From contig JAJRUF010000190.1 in NCBI GenBank assembly GCA_024277935.1, forward strand, positions 495 through 64,494: DNA of 64,000 nt. The letters run 5' to 3'. The number at the start of each line of letters is the position of its first letter. The first letter of the stretch is position 1. The position numbers were made by a program, and so were the translations under genes. The notes below the pieces were generated by a model that was not told where the DNA came from, did not search any database, and worked only from the letters and a program-made list of their open reading frames with translations. Below, piece by piece: positions 1 to 12,709 of this stretch. Source of the DNA: Gammaproteobacteria bacterium (GTDB lineage: Bacteria; Pseudomonadota; Gammaproteobacteria; Methylococcales; Methylomonadaceae).

Positions 1-1221
1 AAAAATTACCTTGAAACCAATTTTTCATTCTGGCCCACACCCCATTACCACCGCTGACATCTTCAACTCTGCCGTGGTGATCTTTCCCATACAACAACAA
101 CCCTACCCCAGTAGAATAAATAGGATTTTGCACCACATCAGTTAAACCTGAAACATGCTGTGGAACTCCCATACGCACCGGCATATGAAAAATTTCTTCC
201 GCCAAATCAACTAAGCCTTGTACCTTTGAGCTTCCGCCAGTTAGCACCACCCCTGCAGCAATAAGGTCCTCGTACCCACTGCGTCTTAATTCAGCCTGAA
301 CTAGCAACATTAATTCCTCATATCTTGGCTCAACAATTTCAGCTAGGTTTTGTGCTGATATCTTCCTAGGTTGCCTATCGCCAATACTGGGCACATTAAT
401 CATATCTTCTGAACTTACCATCTGTGTCAAAGCACAGGCATATTGGCATTTAATCTCTTCCGCACTTTTTGTAGGCGTTCTTAATGCAACAGCAATATCA
501 TTAGTGACTTGATCACCTGCAATAGGAATAACTGCGGTATGTTTAATAGCCCCTTCTGAAAAAATAGCGATATCAGTGGTTCCACCACCAATATCAATTA
601 AGCAAACACCCAGTTCTTTTTCATCCTCAGTTAATACTGATGTACAAGATGCTAATTGCTCTAAAACAATATCCTCCACCTCTAAACCACAGCGCCGAAT
701 ACATTTGATTATATTTTGAGCCGCACTGACACTTCCTGTCACCATGTGTACTTTTGCTTCTAGTCTTATCCCTGACATACCTATCGGCTCTTTAATCCCC
801 TCTTGCTGGTCAATTACAAATTCTTGGGGCAAAATATGCAATATTTTTTGATCGGCGGGGATGGCAACTGCGCGTGCAGAATCAATAACCCTGTCGATAT
901 CATATTGCATAACCTCTTGTCTTTTATAGCTACAATGCCATGTGAATTTAGACTCTTAATATGGCTACCCGCAATTCCAGCAAAAACGGATCGAATTTGA
1001 CAACCTGCCATCAATTCCGCTTCTTCTACTGCTCGCTGAATTGAATGTACGGTTGACTCTAAATTAACCACCACACCTTTCTTCAATCCTTTTGAAGGTG
1101 CTCGTCCAATACCAATAATTTCAATTTCATCATTACCCGTATGTTCAGCCACAATAGCGGCCACCTTTGATGTGCCAATATCCAATCCTACAATAATATT
1201 TCGCTCTATTTTTTTTGCCAT
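1..1221 (-). CDS. ftsA: Cell division protein FtsA; apparent 1-bp deletion near 917, stop codon just outside the window
   Basis: N-terminus VGLDIGTSKV. Adding one A at ~917 restores IKDKEVMQYDIDRVIDSA, and the frame then runs to ...KNWFQGNF at position 1. Confidence 0.93.
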
Positions 1222-1233
1222 ATTCAATACGCT

Positions 1234-1977
1234 TTATGTTTTGTTCATTTCAGCTAATTTTTTCCAGTTTATTTTTGCTTCACCTTGTTTCCACGTTATC
1301 GCGTATCCATTTGAATATCTCAAATCAACCACTGCAATTTTTGCTATTTGCTCTTTCCCTATTAAGTAAACCGTCTTTAAAAATCGCTGTATTTTTTTCA
1401 AAGGCTGATTTCTTCCTGCATTTAATAGCATTTTATTTTGTAATTTTATATTCCATGCTCTTCTTTCATTAATATGAAGTTCTGCTAATACCATTGATTT
1501 ATCAGCTAATTCAGCTGATAAATCAGTTGCCACCTTTAGCATTTTTACTGCATACCCATCAGGCCCACTTAATAAAGGCAAAGAGCTAAAATTATTTCGT
1601 ACTACAGGTTTAAATATTTCAGCTTTTATATTCAGTAAAGCTTCGTCCCCCCAACGTGCCACTGGAATTTGCTCTTTAATCTCTATATTAAGAGCATCAG
1701 GCCATACCCGTTTAACCCTTACTGATTTGACCCAAGGTAAAGCCTCCACAGAAACCTGAATTTGTTGAATATCAGCATTGTACAAACCATTAACAACCTG
1801 CTCTCGCAACAACTGCTTTATTTCACCTTTTGCAATATATTGAAAAGTACCTTCAATTCTTACATATTTAACAGGTAACCAATCAGCCCCTTGTGCTTTT
1901 ACCTCTTCCCAGCCTTGCCAGCCAGCTACCAACACTAAAATTAAACCCGTAAAAAAATGTATGGTCGTTTTATTCAT
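1234..1977 (-). CDS. ftsQ: Cell division protein FtsQ
   Basis: N-terminal TM helix, POTRA region LPWV..VRVKRVWPD, C-terminal DLRYSNG; dcw position. Confidence 0.93.
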   Translation of the reverse strand: MNKTTIHFFTGLILVLVAGWQGWEEVKAQGADWLPVKYVRIEGTFQYIAKGEIKQLLREQVVNGLYNADIQQIQVSVEALPWVKSVRVKRVWPDALNIEIKEQIPVARWGDEALLNIKAEIFKPVVRNNFSSLPLLSGPDGYAVKMLKVATDLSAELADKSMVLAELHINERRAWNIKLQNKMLLNAGRNQPLKKIQRFLKTVYLIGKEQIAKIAVVDLRYSNGYAITWKQGEAKINWKKLAEMNKT

Positions 1978-2905
1978 TCACAGTTGTTTCTAAAATACGC
2001 CAAACCAATTCATCAAAATTACAACCTTCTGCTTTTGCAGCCATAGGGACAAGGCTATGGTCGGTCATTCCTGGTACTGTATTGACTTCTATTAATTGTG
2101 CTCTTTCATTTTCGTCAATAAATATATCAATCCTTCCCCAGCCTATTACACCCACAACTTTACAAGCTTCAACAGCCAAGTTTTTTAATTTGGTTTCCTG
2201 CTGCTCTGTTAATCCACAAGGGCAATGATATTGAGTACTATTAGACTGGTATTTCGCCTCATAATCATAAAATACATTCTTTGTTTCCAGTCGAATAACG
2301 GCTAATGCTTCCCCTGCTAAAACAGCAACCGTATATTCATTACCTGTAACCCAGGATTCAGCAAATACATCACACTGATAGTTTTCTGCTACTGTTAATG
2401 CCTGCTTTAATTCATCTTCGTTATTTGCCTTACTCATTCCAATACTAGAGCCTTCCTGGGCTGGCTTCACAATAACGGGAAAACCTAAACTTTCAATACA
2501 CCTCTCTATATCTTCATCGTTAGTCAAAACAAACCATTTTGGAGTTTCAAGCCCAGCCCCTTTCCAACAAAGTTTAGTTCTTAATTTATCCATTGTGAGT
2601 GCTGATGCCATAACACCCGAGCCGGTATAAGGTAGTTTCATAATATCCAGCACACCTTGTAAAATACCGTCTTCTCCACCTCGCCCATGAATAATATTAA
2701 AAACTCTATCCACTTTCTGCCCTGTTAACACTTCAATAGGATTGTCTTTAACATCTATAACAACAGCATCGACCCTCTGCCTTTTCAAGGCATCAAATAC
2801 TGCCAGTCCACTTTTAATGGAGATTTCTCTTTCAGCAGAGCATCCTCCCATTAACACGGCGACTCGACCAAACTTTTCAGCCTGTTGGATATTCACTGGC
2901 TTCAC
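1970..2905 (-). CDS. ddl: D-alanine--D-alanine ligase
   Basis: GGCSAEREIS, HGRGGEDG, EGSSIG and EVNTVPGMT motifs. Confidence 0.97.
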   Translation of the reverse strand: MKPVNIQQAEKFGRVAVLMGGCSAEREISIKSGLAVFDALKRQRVDAVVIDVKDNPIEVLTGQKVDRVFNIIHGRGGEDGILQGVLDIMKLPYTGSGVMASALTMDKLRTKLCWKGAGLETPKWFVLTNDEDIERCIESLGFPVIVKPAQEGSSIGMSKANNEDELKQALTVAENYQCDVFAESWVTGNEYTVAVLAGEALAVIRLETKNVFYDYEAKYQSNSTQYHCPCGLTEQQETKLKNLAVEACKVVGVIGWGRIDIFIDENERAQLIEVNTVPGMTDHSLVPMAAKAEGCNFDELVWRILETTVNE

Positions 2906-3774
2906 AGCACTTCACCTACTCTACAAACTTCAGGCTGCAAATTTATTCCATATTGTTTTTTTACTTGCTGCTGGATATAAGCAATTAATGCCTCTATATC
3001 TGCAGCCGTAGCATCCCCAGTATTTTCAATAAAATTTGCATGTTTTTCTGAGACACATGCACCGCCCATCACATAACCTTTAAGCCCAGATGCTTCTATA
3101 AGTCTAGCTGCATAATCACCTGGGGGGTTCTTAAATACCGAGCCACAGGTTGGTTTATTTGTTGGCTGCGTTAATCCACGTTGTTCTAATAATGATTTAA
3201 TCTTTAATTGACTTAACTCTGCTTCGCCTTGGCTTAGTTTTAATTCAGTTGATATAAACCATTCGCCTTCTATTCCTTTAACTGACCTATAAGCAACTTC
3301 AAAGTCTTCAACAGCCCTTTTTGCTACATCACCTCTAGCATTGACCATTTCAACACTGTCAACAATATTCCAGGTTTCGCCACCAAAAGCCCCCGCATTC
3401 ATTTTTAATGCACCACCTATTGTCCCTGGAATACCGGCTAAAAATTCAGCCCCCACCAAGCCCAGCCCCATACAAAACTTTGCTACATGTGGGCATGGAA
3501 CACCGGCTTCAATATAAATTTTTGCTGTATCGACTAAGCGCATATCTTTTAATCGGCCACGCGTATTAATAACCGTTCCCTTAATACCACCATCTCTAAC
3601 TAATAAATTACTGCCTAAACCTAACCAATAAATATTTTCCTGCTCGGGCAATGTTTTTAAAAATGCAATTAAGTCTTCCCTGTTTGCTGGCAAATACATT
3701 TTTTCTGCTGGCCCTCCAACGCGCCAACTGGTATATTTATCTAAAGGCTCATTTATTAATAAAGTACCTTTCAT
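2902..3774 (-). CDS. murB: UDP-N-acetylenolpyruvoylglucosamine reductase
   Basis: GLGSNLL, GIPGTIGGA..MNAGA, GSVFKNP and KHANF motifs. Confidence 0.97.
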   Translation of the reverse strand: MKGTLLINEPLDKYTSWRVGGPAEKMYLPANREDLIAFLKTLPEQENIYWLGLGSNLLVRDGGIKGTVINTRGRLKDMRLVDTAKIYIEAGVPCPHVAKFCMGLGLVGAEFLAGIPGTIGGALKMNAGAFGGETWNIVDSVEMVNARGDVAKRAVEDFEVAYRSVKGIEGEWFISTELKLSQGEAELSQLKIKSLLEQRGLTQPTNKPTCGSVFKNPPGDYAARLIEASGLKGYVMGGACVSEKHANFIENTGDATAADIEALIAYIQQQVKKQYGINLQPEVCRVGEVL

Positions 3775-5206
3775 CTTTTTAAGGCCTTTGTTAATTTCTC
3801 TGGTAATTCTGCTGAAATTTGTCCTACATTTCCTGCGCCCATGGTTAGTACCACATCATCTTTTTTTACAATACCGGCTAGAATATTTGCTAAATCAGCA
3901 TGATCTTTAACAAAACAGGATCAACTTGACCTCTGATTCTTATTGCTCTTGATAAAGCCTGTCCATTTGCGCCTGTAATTTCAGCTTCACCGGCCGTATA
4001 AATATCTAATAAAATCAATACATCAACAGTAGAAAGTACATCAACAAAGTCTTCAAATAAATCCCGAGTACGGGTATATCTGTGAGGTTGAAAAATGACA
4101 ACTTTTCGTCTATTAGGCCAAGCTTGATGCATAGCTTCAAAAGTTGCTGCCACCTCTTTTGGATGGTGTCCATAATCATCAACTAATGTAATACTCCCAC
4201 CGTTACATTCAATATCACCATTTAATTGAAACCTCCGCCCAATACCCTTAAAAGTTTCTAAACTTTTTATAATGGCTTCATCCTCTACATCCAACCTGGT
4301 TGCAATAGCTATAGCAGCCAGTGCATTCAACATATTGTGCCAGCCAGGCATATTAAGCGTGACACAGAGAGGTTTATGGTTTCCCCACCGCTCAACGGTA
4401 AATGATGTTTGTAGCCCATCCTGTTTTATCTCAGTAGCACGTACATCTGCATCTTTATGTATGCCATAGGTTTTTACTGGTTTTGCAATCTCTGGCAGAA
4501 TTTCTTGCACACCCTGATCATCCAAACACATAACAGCCAGACCATAAAAGGGTAAATGATGTAAAAACTCTAAAAAGGTATCTTTCAATCGCTGATAGCT
4601 TCCACCGTATGTTTCCATATGATCTCTATCAATATTAGTCACCACCGCCATCATCGGTTGTAAATGCAAAAATGAAGCATCACTTTCATCTGCCTCTGCC
4701 ACTAAATATTGACCTAAACCAAGTTTTGCATTAGTTCCTGCACTATTTAATCGTCCTCCAATCACAAAAGTAGGATCTAAGCCCCCTTCTGCAAGTATGC
4801 TGGCGGCTAAACTTGTGGTAGTCGTTTTTCCATGTGTACCTGCGACTGCAATTCCAAATCTAAATCGCATTAATTCTGCCAGCATTTCCGCACGGGGAAT
4901 AACAGGAATCCTATTTTCATAGGCCGCTTTGATTTCTTCATTTTGTTTATCTACCGCAGTAGATGTCACCACTACATCTACATTTTCTACATTTTCTTTA
5001 CAGTGACCGATATGTACAGTAACTCCTTTTTGTTCAAGCCTTTCGGTGACTGCACTTTGTTTAATATCAGATCCGGAAACGTCATAACCTAAATTAGATA
5101 ACACTTCGGCAATACCACTCATTCCCGTACCACCGACACCTACAAAGTGAATTTTATTTATAACACCAAGTAATTGTGTAGGTCTTTGTATATCGGGCAT
5201 ATTCAT
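3771..5206 (-). CDS. murC: UDP-N-acetylmuramate--L-alanine ligase; apparent 1-bp deletion near 3912-3915
   Basis: [20 protein letters not shown] and DDYGHHP motifs. Adding one T restores the C-terminus [10 protein letters not shown], which ends at a TGA overlapping the murB ATG. Confidence 0.95.
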
Positions 5207-6264
5207 TATTTCGCTTCCTGTATACAAATATTAGCCACAATCGCTGTTGCTTCTAATTTTGCTTTGTTTTTTACTATTTGACACATTTGTTTAAATGAAC
5301 TTTTAACATGCTGAATAGCCATAATTAATGATGTTTCATTAAAATCACTTTGTGCTAACAAAACCGCCCCCCCATCATCATATAAATAACGTGCATTTGC
5401 TGTTTGATGGTCATCAATCGCATGAGGCAATGGAATAAAAATTGCTGGAATACCTGCTGCTGCTACTTCACTGACGGTCATTGCTCCAGAGCGGCATATC
5501 ACTACGTCTGCCCATTGATAAGCTGATGCAATATCATCTATAAACTCAATAGCCTGTGCATCAATTCCAAGTTCTGCATATTTTTTAGTTACCAACTCTA
5601 ATGCGGCGGTTCCTGTTTGATGCTTTATTTCTATCTTAGTCAAATTGGCTGTCGCTGCTGGAACCGTATCATTTAAAACTTTTGCGCCTTGACTTCCTCC
5701 CACCACTAAAATACGAAAAGGTCTTTCTAACTCTTCTGTCCAAACTTGTTTTTCTGGAAAATCTAAAAAATGAGTTCTTAATGGGTTCCCCGTAAAAACC
5801 GCATTGACAATGGAAGGGAAACTTCCAGGAAAAGCCTCCAAAACTCTATTAGCCTTTTTTATCAATAATCTATTGGTTGTCCCAGGTATCCTATTTTGCT
5901 CATGAATAACTAAAGGGATTCCCATTAAATTTGCGACTATTCCACCAGGCCCAGCAACATACCCTCCCATTCCTAACACCACATCAGGTTTGCGTTTTCG
6001 CAAGATACCGTAAGCTTCCCACAAGGCCTTAAGTAAAAGTTTAAAATTACTTATTTTTGCAGCAATCCCCTTGCCTCGAAGTCCTTGTACAGATAACCAA
6101 TCTATTTCAATCCCATTGGCAGGAATCACTTTACTTTCCATGCCTCGCTGTGTTCCGATCCAGCTGACTTCCCAATCCTTGGCTTGTAAATACTGGGCAA
6201 CAGCAAGTGCGGGGAAGACATGCCCCCCTGTACCACCAGCCATAATTACAATACGTTGCCCCAT
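5206..6264 (-). CDS. murG: Lipid II N-acetylglucosaminyltransferase MurG
   Basis: [19 protein letters not shown] and [10 protein letters not shown] motifs. Confidence 0.97.
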   Translation of the reverse strand: MGQRIVIMAGGTGGHVFPALAVAQYLQAKDWEVSWIGTQRGMESKVIPANGIEIDWLSVQGLRGKGIAAKISNFKLLLKALWEAYGILRKRKPDVVLGMGGYVAGPGGIVANLMGIPLVIHEQNRIPGTTNRLLIKKANRVLEAFPGSFPSIVNAVFTGNPLRTHFLDFPEKQVWTEELERPFRILVVGGSQGAKVLNDTVPAATANLTKIEIKHQTGTAALELVTKKYAELGIDAQAIEFIDDIASAYQWADVVICRSGAMTVSEVAAAGIPAIFIPLPHAIDDHQTANARYLYDDGGAVLLAQSDFNETSLIMAIQHVKSSFKQMCQIVKNKAKLEATAIVANICIQEAK

Positions 6265-6269
6265 TAAAC

Positions 6270-7415
6270 CTATCCTCTCTGTTGTTTCAATTGTTTTTGT
6301 TTTACTTCACTATATACACGAAACAATAAAGCCATTCCTGCACACATAATAATCATACTTCCACCACCATAACTCATCAGTGGTAACGTTAACCCTTTGG
6401 TTGGTAGCATCCCCATATTGACTCCTATATTGACAAAAGCCTGAAATCCAAACCAGATACCTAGCCCATAAGCAATAAAAGCTGCAAAATTATCCCCTCC
6501 TTCCTCAGCTTTAACAGCAAGAGAAAAGGCATGACAAACCAATAAACTAAAAAGGGCAATAACACTTAATATCCCAATCAAACCTAACTCTTCAGCAATA
6601 ACCGACAATAAAAAGTCAGTATGTGCTTCGGGCAAATAAAATAATTTTTGGATCCCGCTGCCCAATCCAACACCAAATATCTCACCTCGACCAAACGAAA
6701 TTAACGCTTGTACCAGTTGAAACCCAGTATTCTGTGCATCAGCCCAAGGATCAATAAATCCTGTTACCCTTGCCCAGCGATATGGTGAAAAATACACCAG
6801 TAACACCGCTAATATGGCAACAATGGTAATCAGTATCAAAAACTGCCATAAGCGAGCACCACTTAAATACATTATTCCCATTGCAATCACTAAAATAACA
6901 ACTGCAGAACCAAAATCAGGTTCCAGTAATAATAAGACACATGCAATAGAAAATAATAACAACGGTTTCACTAAGCCATAAGTTGACTGCTGTACATCTT
7001 CTTGGTGCCTGGTTACATAACCTGCCATATAGACAACAGCAATAAATTTTACAATTTCTGATACTTGTATTCTTACTCCAAAAAGGGACATCCACCTGAT
7101 ACTGCCCTTTACTTTAAGACCCACGCCTGGTATCAACACAAACACCAATAAAGCAAGGCCAAAAATAAATAACCATGCCCCCGATTTTTCCCATACCCTT
7201 AGTGGAATAGCTACAACAACAGCTGCCATACAAATACCAAGCACTATATGTAACAGCTGTCTGGTAGGGTAGTACATATAATTATGATGAGCCATCTTAT
7301 CCCCTAAATGCAGAGAGGCCGAGGTCACCATAATAAACCCCATCATCAGCAAACTAATACAAATAAAAAGCAGGTGATAATCTAAATAAAATCTTTTTAA
7401 ATCATTGTTATTCAA
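6270..7415 (-). CDS. ftsW: SEDS peptidoglycan polymerase FtsW
   Basis: Multi-TM protein with EPDFG, YLPEAHTDF and LPLMSYGG. Confidence 0.97.
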   Translation of the reverse strand: MNNNDLKRFYLDYHLLFICISLLMMGFIMVTSASLHLGDKMAHHNYMYYPTRQLLHIVLGICMAAVVVAIPLRVWEKSGAWLFIFGLALLVFVLIPGVGLKVKGSIRWMSLFGVRIQVSEIVKFIAVVYMAGYVTRHQEDVQQSTYGLVKPLLLFSIACVLLLLEPDFGSAVVILVIAMGIMYLSGARLWQFLILITIVAILAVLLVYFSPYRWARVTGFIDPWADAQNTGFQLVQALISFGRGEIFGVGLGSGIQKLFYLPEAHTDFLLSVIAEELGLIGILSVIALFSLLVCHAFSLAVKAEEGGDNFAAFIAYGLGIWFGFQAFVNIGVNMGMLPTKGLTLPLMSYGGGSMIIMCAGMALLFRVYSEVKQKQLKQQRG

Positions 7416-8779
7416 GCAACTAACTCCATCACAGCTGATGTAAATTTATCTCCTCTATCCTGGTAATTTTTATATTGATCAATACTTGCACAGGCAGGGC
7501 TTAGCAATACGCTATCCCCTTCTGTGACTAATGTTGATACTAATTTAACAGCCTGCTTTACATTTTTAACTTTATAAGTAGGTACGCTACCATTAATTGC
7601 TGCATCAATAATGTCCGCATCCTTTCCCATTAAAACGATGGTTTTTACTTTTTCTTTTACCACGGGAATTAGCTCATTGATATCAGCTCCTTTTGCATCC
7701 CCCCCCGCAATTAAGATTACTTTCTTGTTATAGCCTTGCAAAGCTGCCACACACGCTCCAATATTTGTTGCTTTAGAATCATTTATCCAGCTTACGCCTT
7801 TTACATTAGCCACTCGTTGCATTCTATGCTCTAAGCCTTTAAATTTTCTCAACGCATCACACATTGCTTTTTCATCTAAAGGAACCGCTGATCCTATGGC
7901 TAAAGCTGCAAGTGCATTGGCTACATTATGCAGACCTTCAAGAGGTATTTCTTGTTGCCGTATCAGGGGTTGTTGCTTATGCATTAACCAATTTTCACCT
8001 TGATACTGCTGTAAATGAAAACCTATATTACTTTTTACACTAAAAAACTTTGCTTCCCTACCTTCAATCTGCATTGCCTTAACAATAGGGTCATCTGCAT
8101 TTAAGACCATCACCCCATTACCCGAAAATACTTTTTGTTTTTCCTGCGCATAACCCTTAAATCCATCATGTCTATCCAAATGGTCGGCTGACACATTCAA
8201 TACCGTGGCAACTTTCGCATTTAACGAAGAAACACGTTCCAACTGAAAACTTGATAACTCTATAACATAAAGCTCATTATTTTCATTAAGTAAATCTAAT
8301 GCTGGCGTTCCTAAATTCCCACCAATTGCTGTCTTTACACCTGCTGCAATTCCCATATCTCCTAACATGGTGGTCACTGTACTTTTACCATTGGAACCCG
8401 TTATGGCCACAATAGGCTTATCTGTACTACAGGCAAATAAATCAATATCACTGAGTAATTTTGCGCCTGCACCCAAAGCCTTTTGAATTGAAACCTCTTG
8501 TAAGGAAACACCTGGGCTCACAACCAAATGTGTTGCTACTCTAAATGCTGCTTCATCAAACCCACCCGTAAAAACCGGTGTATCAGGATAGTCAGCTAAC
8601 AATGCATCATTTAATGGTGGTTTATCTCTACTATCAATAACGGCAAAAGGAATAGCCTGGGTATATAAATATTTTGCAACAGATAACCCTGTATCCCCTA
8701 AACCAACAACCAGTACCTTTGAGTCTTGATTCAAAGATAATGTGTTATCTAATAATTTTGATATAGCCTCTCTATCCAT
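7412..8779 (-). CDS. murD: UDP-MurNAc-L-Ala--D-glutamate ligase
   Basis: ITGSNGKSTVT, NDSKATN and SPACAS motifs. The ATG at 8779, just after the mraY stop, is preferred over the ORF-track start. Confidence 0.96.
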   Translation of the reverse strand: MDREAISKLLDNTLSLNQDSKVLVVGLGDTGLSVAKYLYTQAIPFAVIDSRDKPPLNDALLADYPDTPVFTGGFDEAAFRVATHLVVSPGVSLQEVSIQKALGAGAKLLSDIDLFACSTDKPIVAITGSNGKSTVTTMLGDMGIAAGVKTAIGGNLGTPALDLLNENNELYVIELSSFQLERVSSLNAKVATVLNVSADHLDRHDGFKGYAQEKQKVFSGNGVMVLNADDPIVKAMQIEGREAKFFSVKSNIGFHLQQYQGENWLMHKQQPLIRQQEIPLEGLHNVANALAALAIGSAVPLDEKAMCDALRKFKGLEHRMQRVANVKGVSWINDSKATNIGACVAALQGYNKKVILIAGGDAKGADINELIPVVKEKVKTIVLMGKDADIIDAAINGSVPTYKVKNVKQAVKLVSTLVTEGDSVLLSPACASIDQYKNYQDRGDKFTSAVMELVA

Positions 8780-8781
8780 TT

Positions 8782-9864
8782 TTATCTCAATTTCAATGTT
8801 GCCAGACCAATTAACACCAAAATAAAGGTGATGATCCAAAACCGCACAATAATTCTTGGTTCAGGCCAGCCTTTTAATTCATAATGATGGTGAATAGGAG
8901 CCATTAAAAACACCCGTTTTCCTCTTAATTTATAGGAAGCAACCTGAATAATTACGGAGACAGTTTCAACCACAAATACGCCCCCCATAATCATCAAAAC
9001 AATCTCTTGTCGAACAAGTACAGCCAAAATACCTAATGCGGCTCCTAATGCTAAAGCACCTACATCCCCCATAAATACCATAGCAGGGTATGCGTTAAAC
9101 CATAAAAAACCTAAGCCGGCCCCAACAAGAGCAGCACAAAAAACAATTAGCTCACCAGACTCTGGTAAATAGGGGATAGCCAAATACTCTGCAAACTTTA
9201 TATTTCCAGATAAATAAGCAAAAATACCTAATGCAGCAGCAACCATCACTGTCGGCATAATAGCTAAACCATCAAGCCCATCTGTTAAATTCACCGCATT
9301 ACTAGACCCCACAATGACTAAATAAGTCACAATAATATAAGCCCAACCTATATCAATCATGACATCCTTAAAAAAAGGAACAATATATTGTGTTTCTGCA
9401 GCGACCTCTGCTGTCATATACAAAAAAACTGCCACCCCCAATGCAATTACAGATTGCCAAAATAATTTGGCTTTTGCCGATAAGCCATCACTGTTTCCTT
9501 GCATGACTTTCCTGTAATCATCAACAAATCCAATAATGCCGTGTCCCAGTGTGACAATTAATACCACCCAAACATAACGGTTTTCCAGGTCAGCCCAAAG
9601 CAGTGTGCTAATCGCTATCGCTACCAGTATTAATGCCCCCCCCATAGTGGGTGTCCCTGCTTTTTCATAATGACTTTCTGGACCATCCTCTCTAATTGAC
9701 TGTCCAATTTTTTTTCTCGTTAATTTTCTTATCATCACGGGCCCGACAATAAAGGAAATTATTAATGCAGTTAATGCGCCTAAAATAGCTCTTAAAGTCA
9801 AGTATTGAAATACTCGAAAACCACCATCAAAGTTCATTAAATAATCTGTTAAATAAAGTAACAT
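8782..9864 (-). CDS. mraY: Phospho-MurNAc-pentapeptide transferase
   Basis: [25 protein letters not shown] and APIHHHYE motifs. Confidence 0.97.
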   Translation of the reverse strand: MLLYLTDYLMNFDGGFRVFQYLTLRAILGALTALIISFIVGPVMIRKLTRKKIGQSIREDGPESHYEKAGTPTMGGALILVAIAISTLLWADLENRYVWVVLIVTLGHGIIGFVDDYRKVMQGNSDGLSAKAKLFWQSVIALGVAVFLYMTAEVAAETQYIVPFFKDVMIDIGWAYIIVTYLVIVGSSNAVNLTDGLDGLAIMPTVMVAAALGIFAYLSGNIKFAEYLAIPYLPESGELIVFCAALVGAGLGFLWFNAYPAMVFMGDVGALALGAALGILAVLVRQEIVLMIMGGVFVVETVSVIIQVASYKLRGKRVFLMAPIHHHYELKGWPEPRIIVRFWIITFILVLIGLATLKLR

Positions 9865-9873
9865 TTTTTGCCT

Positions 9874-11234
9874 TTATGTCCTGAAATCTGTAACTATCGC
9901 TTCGACAACTCTTTCCATCTTTTGCGAACGGGAGCCTTTAATTAGTACCGTCTCATCCCCATTCATTTTTTGTTCTAAATAAGCTATTAACTCCTCGTGT
10001 GAATTAAAAAAAATGGCTCCTCTACCATATGAATGGGAGGTAGATTCAGCATCAGAGCCTATAGTGAGCAACTTTTCTACTTTTTTTAATTTAATGAGTT
10101 CACCCAATTGCTGATGTTTTTTAACACTTTCTTTTCCCAGTTCAGCCAGTGCGCCCATTACAAACCAAGACTCACCTTCACATTGCATTAACACATCCAA
10201 AGCTGCCTCTACCGAACTGGGGTTTGCGTTATAAGTATCATCTATAATTAGATTCCCTTTTTTTCCAACCAAGGGTTGTAGCCTTCCCATAACGGGTTGC
10301 ATTTTTTCCAACCCTTGTTTTATTTGTTGCAACTCAATCCCAAGTGCTAAACAACTTGTAGCCGCCGCCAAGGCATTAATAACATTATGTTGTCCTGCTA
10401 AGGCCAAATTTATAATTACTTCAGCTTCACCAGTTGATAACACAAACTGCGTTATAAACTTGTTATTTTCAACCGTTGGCTTAATATCTTTTGCTCTCAC
10501 ATCAGCAGATTTATGCTCCCCAAAGCTAAAGATTTTTCTATCCTCAGCTATTTCCGCCCAAAAACCATAAAACTCATCATCTCTATTCAGAATTGCAATA
10601 CCATCACCACCCAACCCTGAAATAATTTCACTCTTAGCTTTTGCCACCCCATCAAGACTAACAAAACCTTCTATATGTGCTGCACCCACATTAGTAATCA
10701 CGGCAACATCGGCTTGAGCATACTGACTGCTATATGCAATCTCACCAATATGGTTTGCCCCCATTTCTATTACGGCATAGTCATGTGTTTGCTGTAGTTT
10801 TAATAAAGTAAGTGGAACACCAATATCATTATTAAAATTACCTTGCGTAAATAACACACTGGCATCTACTTTTAAAATTTTGGCAATCATTTCTTTAACC
10901 GTAGTTTTGCCATTACTACCTGTTACTGCAACTGTTTTTACTTTAGCCTTTTTTTCCAGGCCCCTGCCAATTCAGCCAAAGCTAAATGCGTATCCTTAAC
11001 GACTATCTGCGGCAATTCAGTCTCACACTTTTGTGCTACCAGTACAGCACTTGCTCCTGCATTTTTGGCTTGATCAATAAAATCATGTCCATCAAAATTC
11101 AGCCCTTTTATTGCAATATATAAATCTGCTTTTGCTAAGGTTCGAGTATCTATACTGACTGCCGAAATAGCCAAGTCATCGCCATATAATTTTCCACTTA
11201 CTGCCTTCGCAATTTCAGTTAATAGCATTTCCAT
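9874..11234 (-). CDS. murF: UDP-MurNAc-tripeptide--D-Ala-D-Ala ligase; split by an apparent 1-bp deletion in the T7 run at 10949-10955
   Basis: The two ORFs join with one added base to give ...AWKKKAKVKTVAVTGSNGKTT; DDTYNANP and KGSR motifs. Confidence 0.94.
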
Positions 11235-12709
11235 TAATATTCAGCTTTTTCTAATAATGCTTGTTCTACCACTAATTGATCACTAAATTTGTATTTAACA
11301 CCTTGTATATCCTGATAAGCTTCATGTCCTTTCCCCGCAATAACAATACAATCTCCTTCACTTGCCCTACTTATCACACTTTGTATTGCCTGTTCACGGT
11401 CTTGAATCACCTCGGCTTGCTTAGTAACAAAACCTGTCAAAATATCATTCACTATTTTTTCTGCCGCTTCCATTCTAGGGTTATCATCTGTAATAATTGC
11501 TTGATCCGCTAATCTTTCTGCAATAGCTCCCATTTCCGCTCGTTTACCTTGATCCCTATTACCACCGCAACCAAAAACAACATATATTTTTTGTCTACAA
11601 TATTTCCTTAATCCTGATAACACTTTTTCTAGTGCATCAGGGGTATGTGCATAATCAACAAATACAAATGGCTTATCGCCGCCGCCAAAGCGCTCCATTC
11701 TGCCTACAACAGGTAGCAAGTTATTTACTTTACTAGCGGCTAAGTCTAAAGAATACCCTTGAGCCAATAGCACCGTAATAACTGCCAATATATTGGCTAA
11801 ATTAAAGTCACCTACAATTTTGCTTTGGACTAATACTTTTTGACCTCGCCAACAAACAACAGCAGTAATTCCCTTTAGGCTAAATTTCACCTCAGCAACT
11901 GATATATTTTCTGCATTGTCAATTTCATTTCCTTTTACACTAAAAGCCCAGCACTGCACTTGGCTATGCGTCACTGCTAATACTTTTTGACTATTTTTAT
12001 CGTCAGCATTAACCACAGCAAACTGTAATTCAGATCGGCTAAATAATTTTAATTTTGCCTCTAAATAGGCCGCCATAGACCCGTGATAATCTAAATGATC
12101 TCGGCTTAAATTAGTAAATAGCGCACCTTTAAAATTAACCGCTTCTACTCTGCCCTGGTCTAAACCATGTGATGAAACTTCCATCAATACGGCCTGCTTT
12201 TTTAAAGTGACAAAATCTGCCAATACCTGCTGTACAGTTAAAGCATCGGGCGTAGTATTTTGCGTTTGCTTTAATTCTCCTTTCTCTCCCCAGCCCAATG
12301 TACCTATAACAGCACTTGCTGGTATTAACTGTAATAAAAACTGACTACAAGTGGTTTTACCATTTGTTCCTGTCACTCCAATCACATCAACTTTTTTAGA
12401 AGGTGACTGGTAAAACCTATCAGCAATACGACTTAATTTTGCCGTCAAATCTGTCACTTTTAGCTTGTAGCAACCTAACAATTCAGGTGAAAATGCCTCA
12501 CTTCCTTTTGCCTCATAGATAATGGCAAAAGCACCATTTTCTATTGCTTTATTGGCATAACCCAAGCCATGTTCAATAGCCCCTGCAATTGCTATAAAAA
12601 CAAACCCTTTCTTTACTTTCCTGCTATCAAGGACAATACCTCGAATATCCGTCATGTTTTTTTGTAATGAGCTATCAGTCAACCCATCCAATAAATCAGC
12701 AATAATCAT
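11234..12709 (-). CDS. murE: UDP-MurNAc-dipeptide--meso-DAP ligase
   Basis: GVTGTNGKTT, EVSSH, DYAHTPD and DNPR (DAP specificity) motifs. Confidence 0.97.
   Translation of the reverse strand: MIIADLLDGLTDSSLQKNMTDIRGIVLDSRKVKKGFVFIAIAGAIEHGLGYANKAIENGAFAIIYEAKGSEAFSPELLGCYKLKVTDLTAKLSRIADRFYQSPSKKVDVIGVTGTNGKTTCSQFLLQLIPASAVIGTLGWGEKGELKQTQNTTPDALTVQQVLADFVTLKKQAVLMEVSSHGLDQGRVEAVNFKGALFTNLSRDHLDYHGSMAAYLEAKLKLFSRSELQFAVVNADDKNSQKVLAVTHSQVQCWAFSVKGNEIDNAENISVAEVKFSLKGITAVVCWRGQKVLVQSKIVGDFNLANILAVITVLLAQGYSLDLAASKVNNLLPVVGRMERFGGGDKPFVFVDYAHTPDALEKVLSGLRKYCRQKIYVVFGCGGNRDQGKRAEMGAIAERLADQAIITDDNPRMEAAEKIVNDILTGFVTKQAEVIQDREQAIQSVISRASEGDCIVIAGKGHEAYQDIQGVKYKFSDQLVVEQALLEKAEY

Noticed and set aside
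917..10955. Genuine pseudogenisation or programmed frameshifting of ftsA, murC and murF
   Set aside because: The genes are essential and otherwise intact, and all show the same 1-bp-deletion pattern typical of sequencing error.
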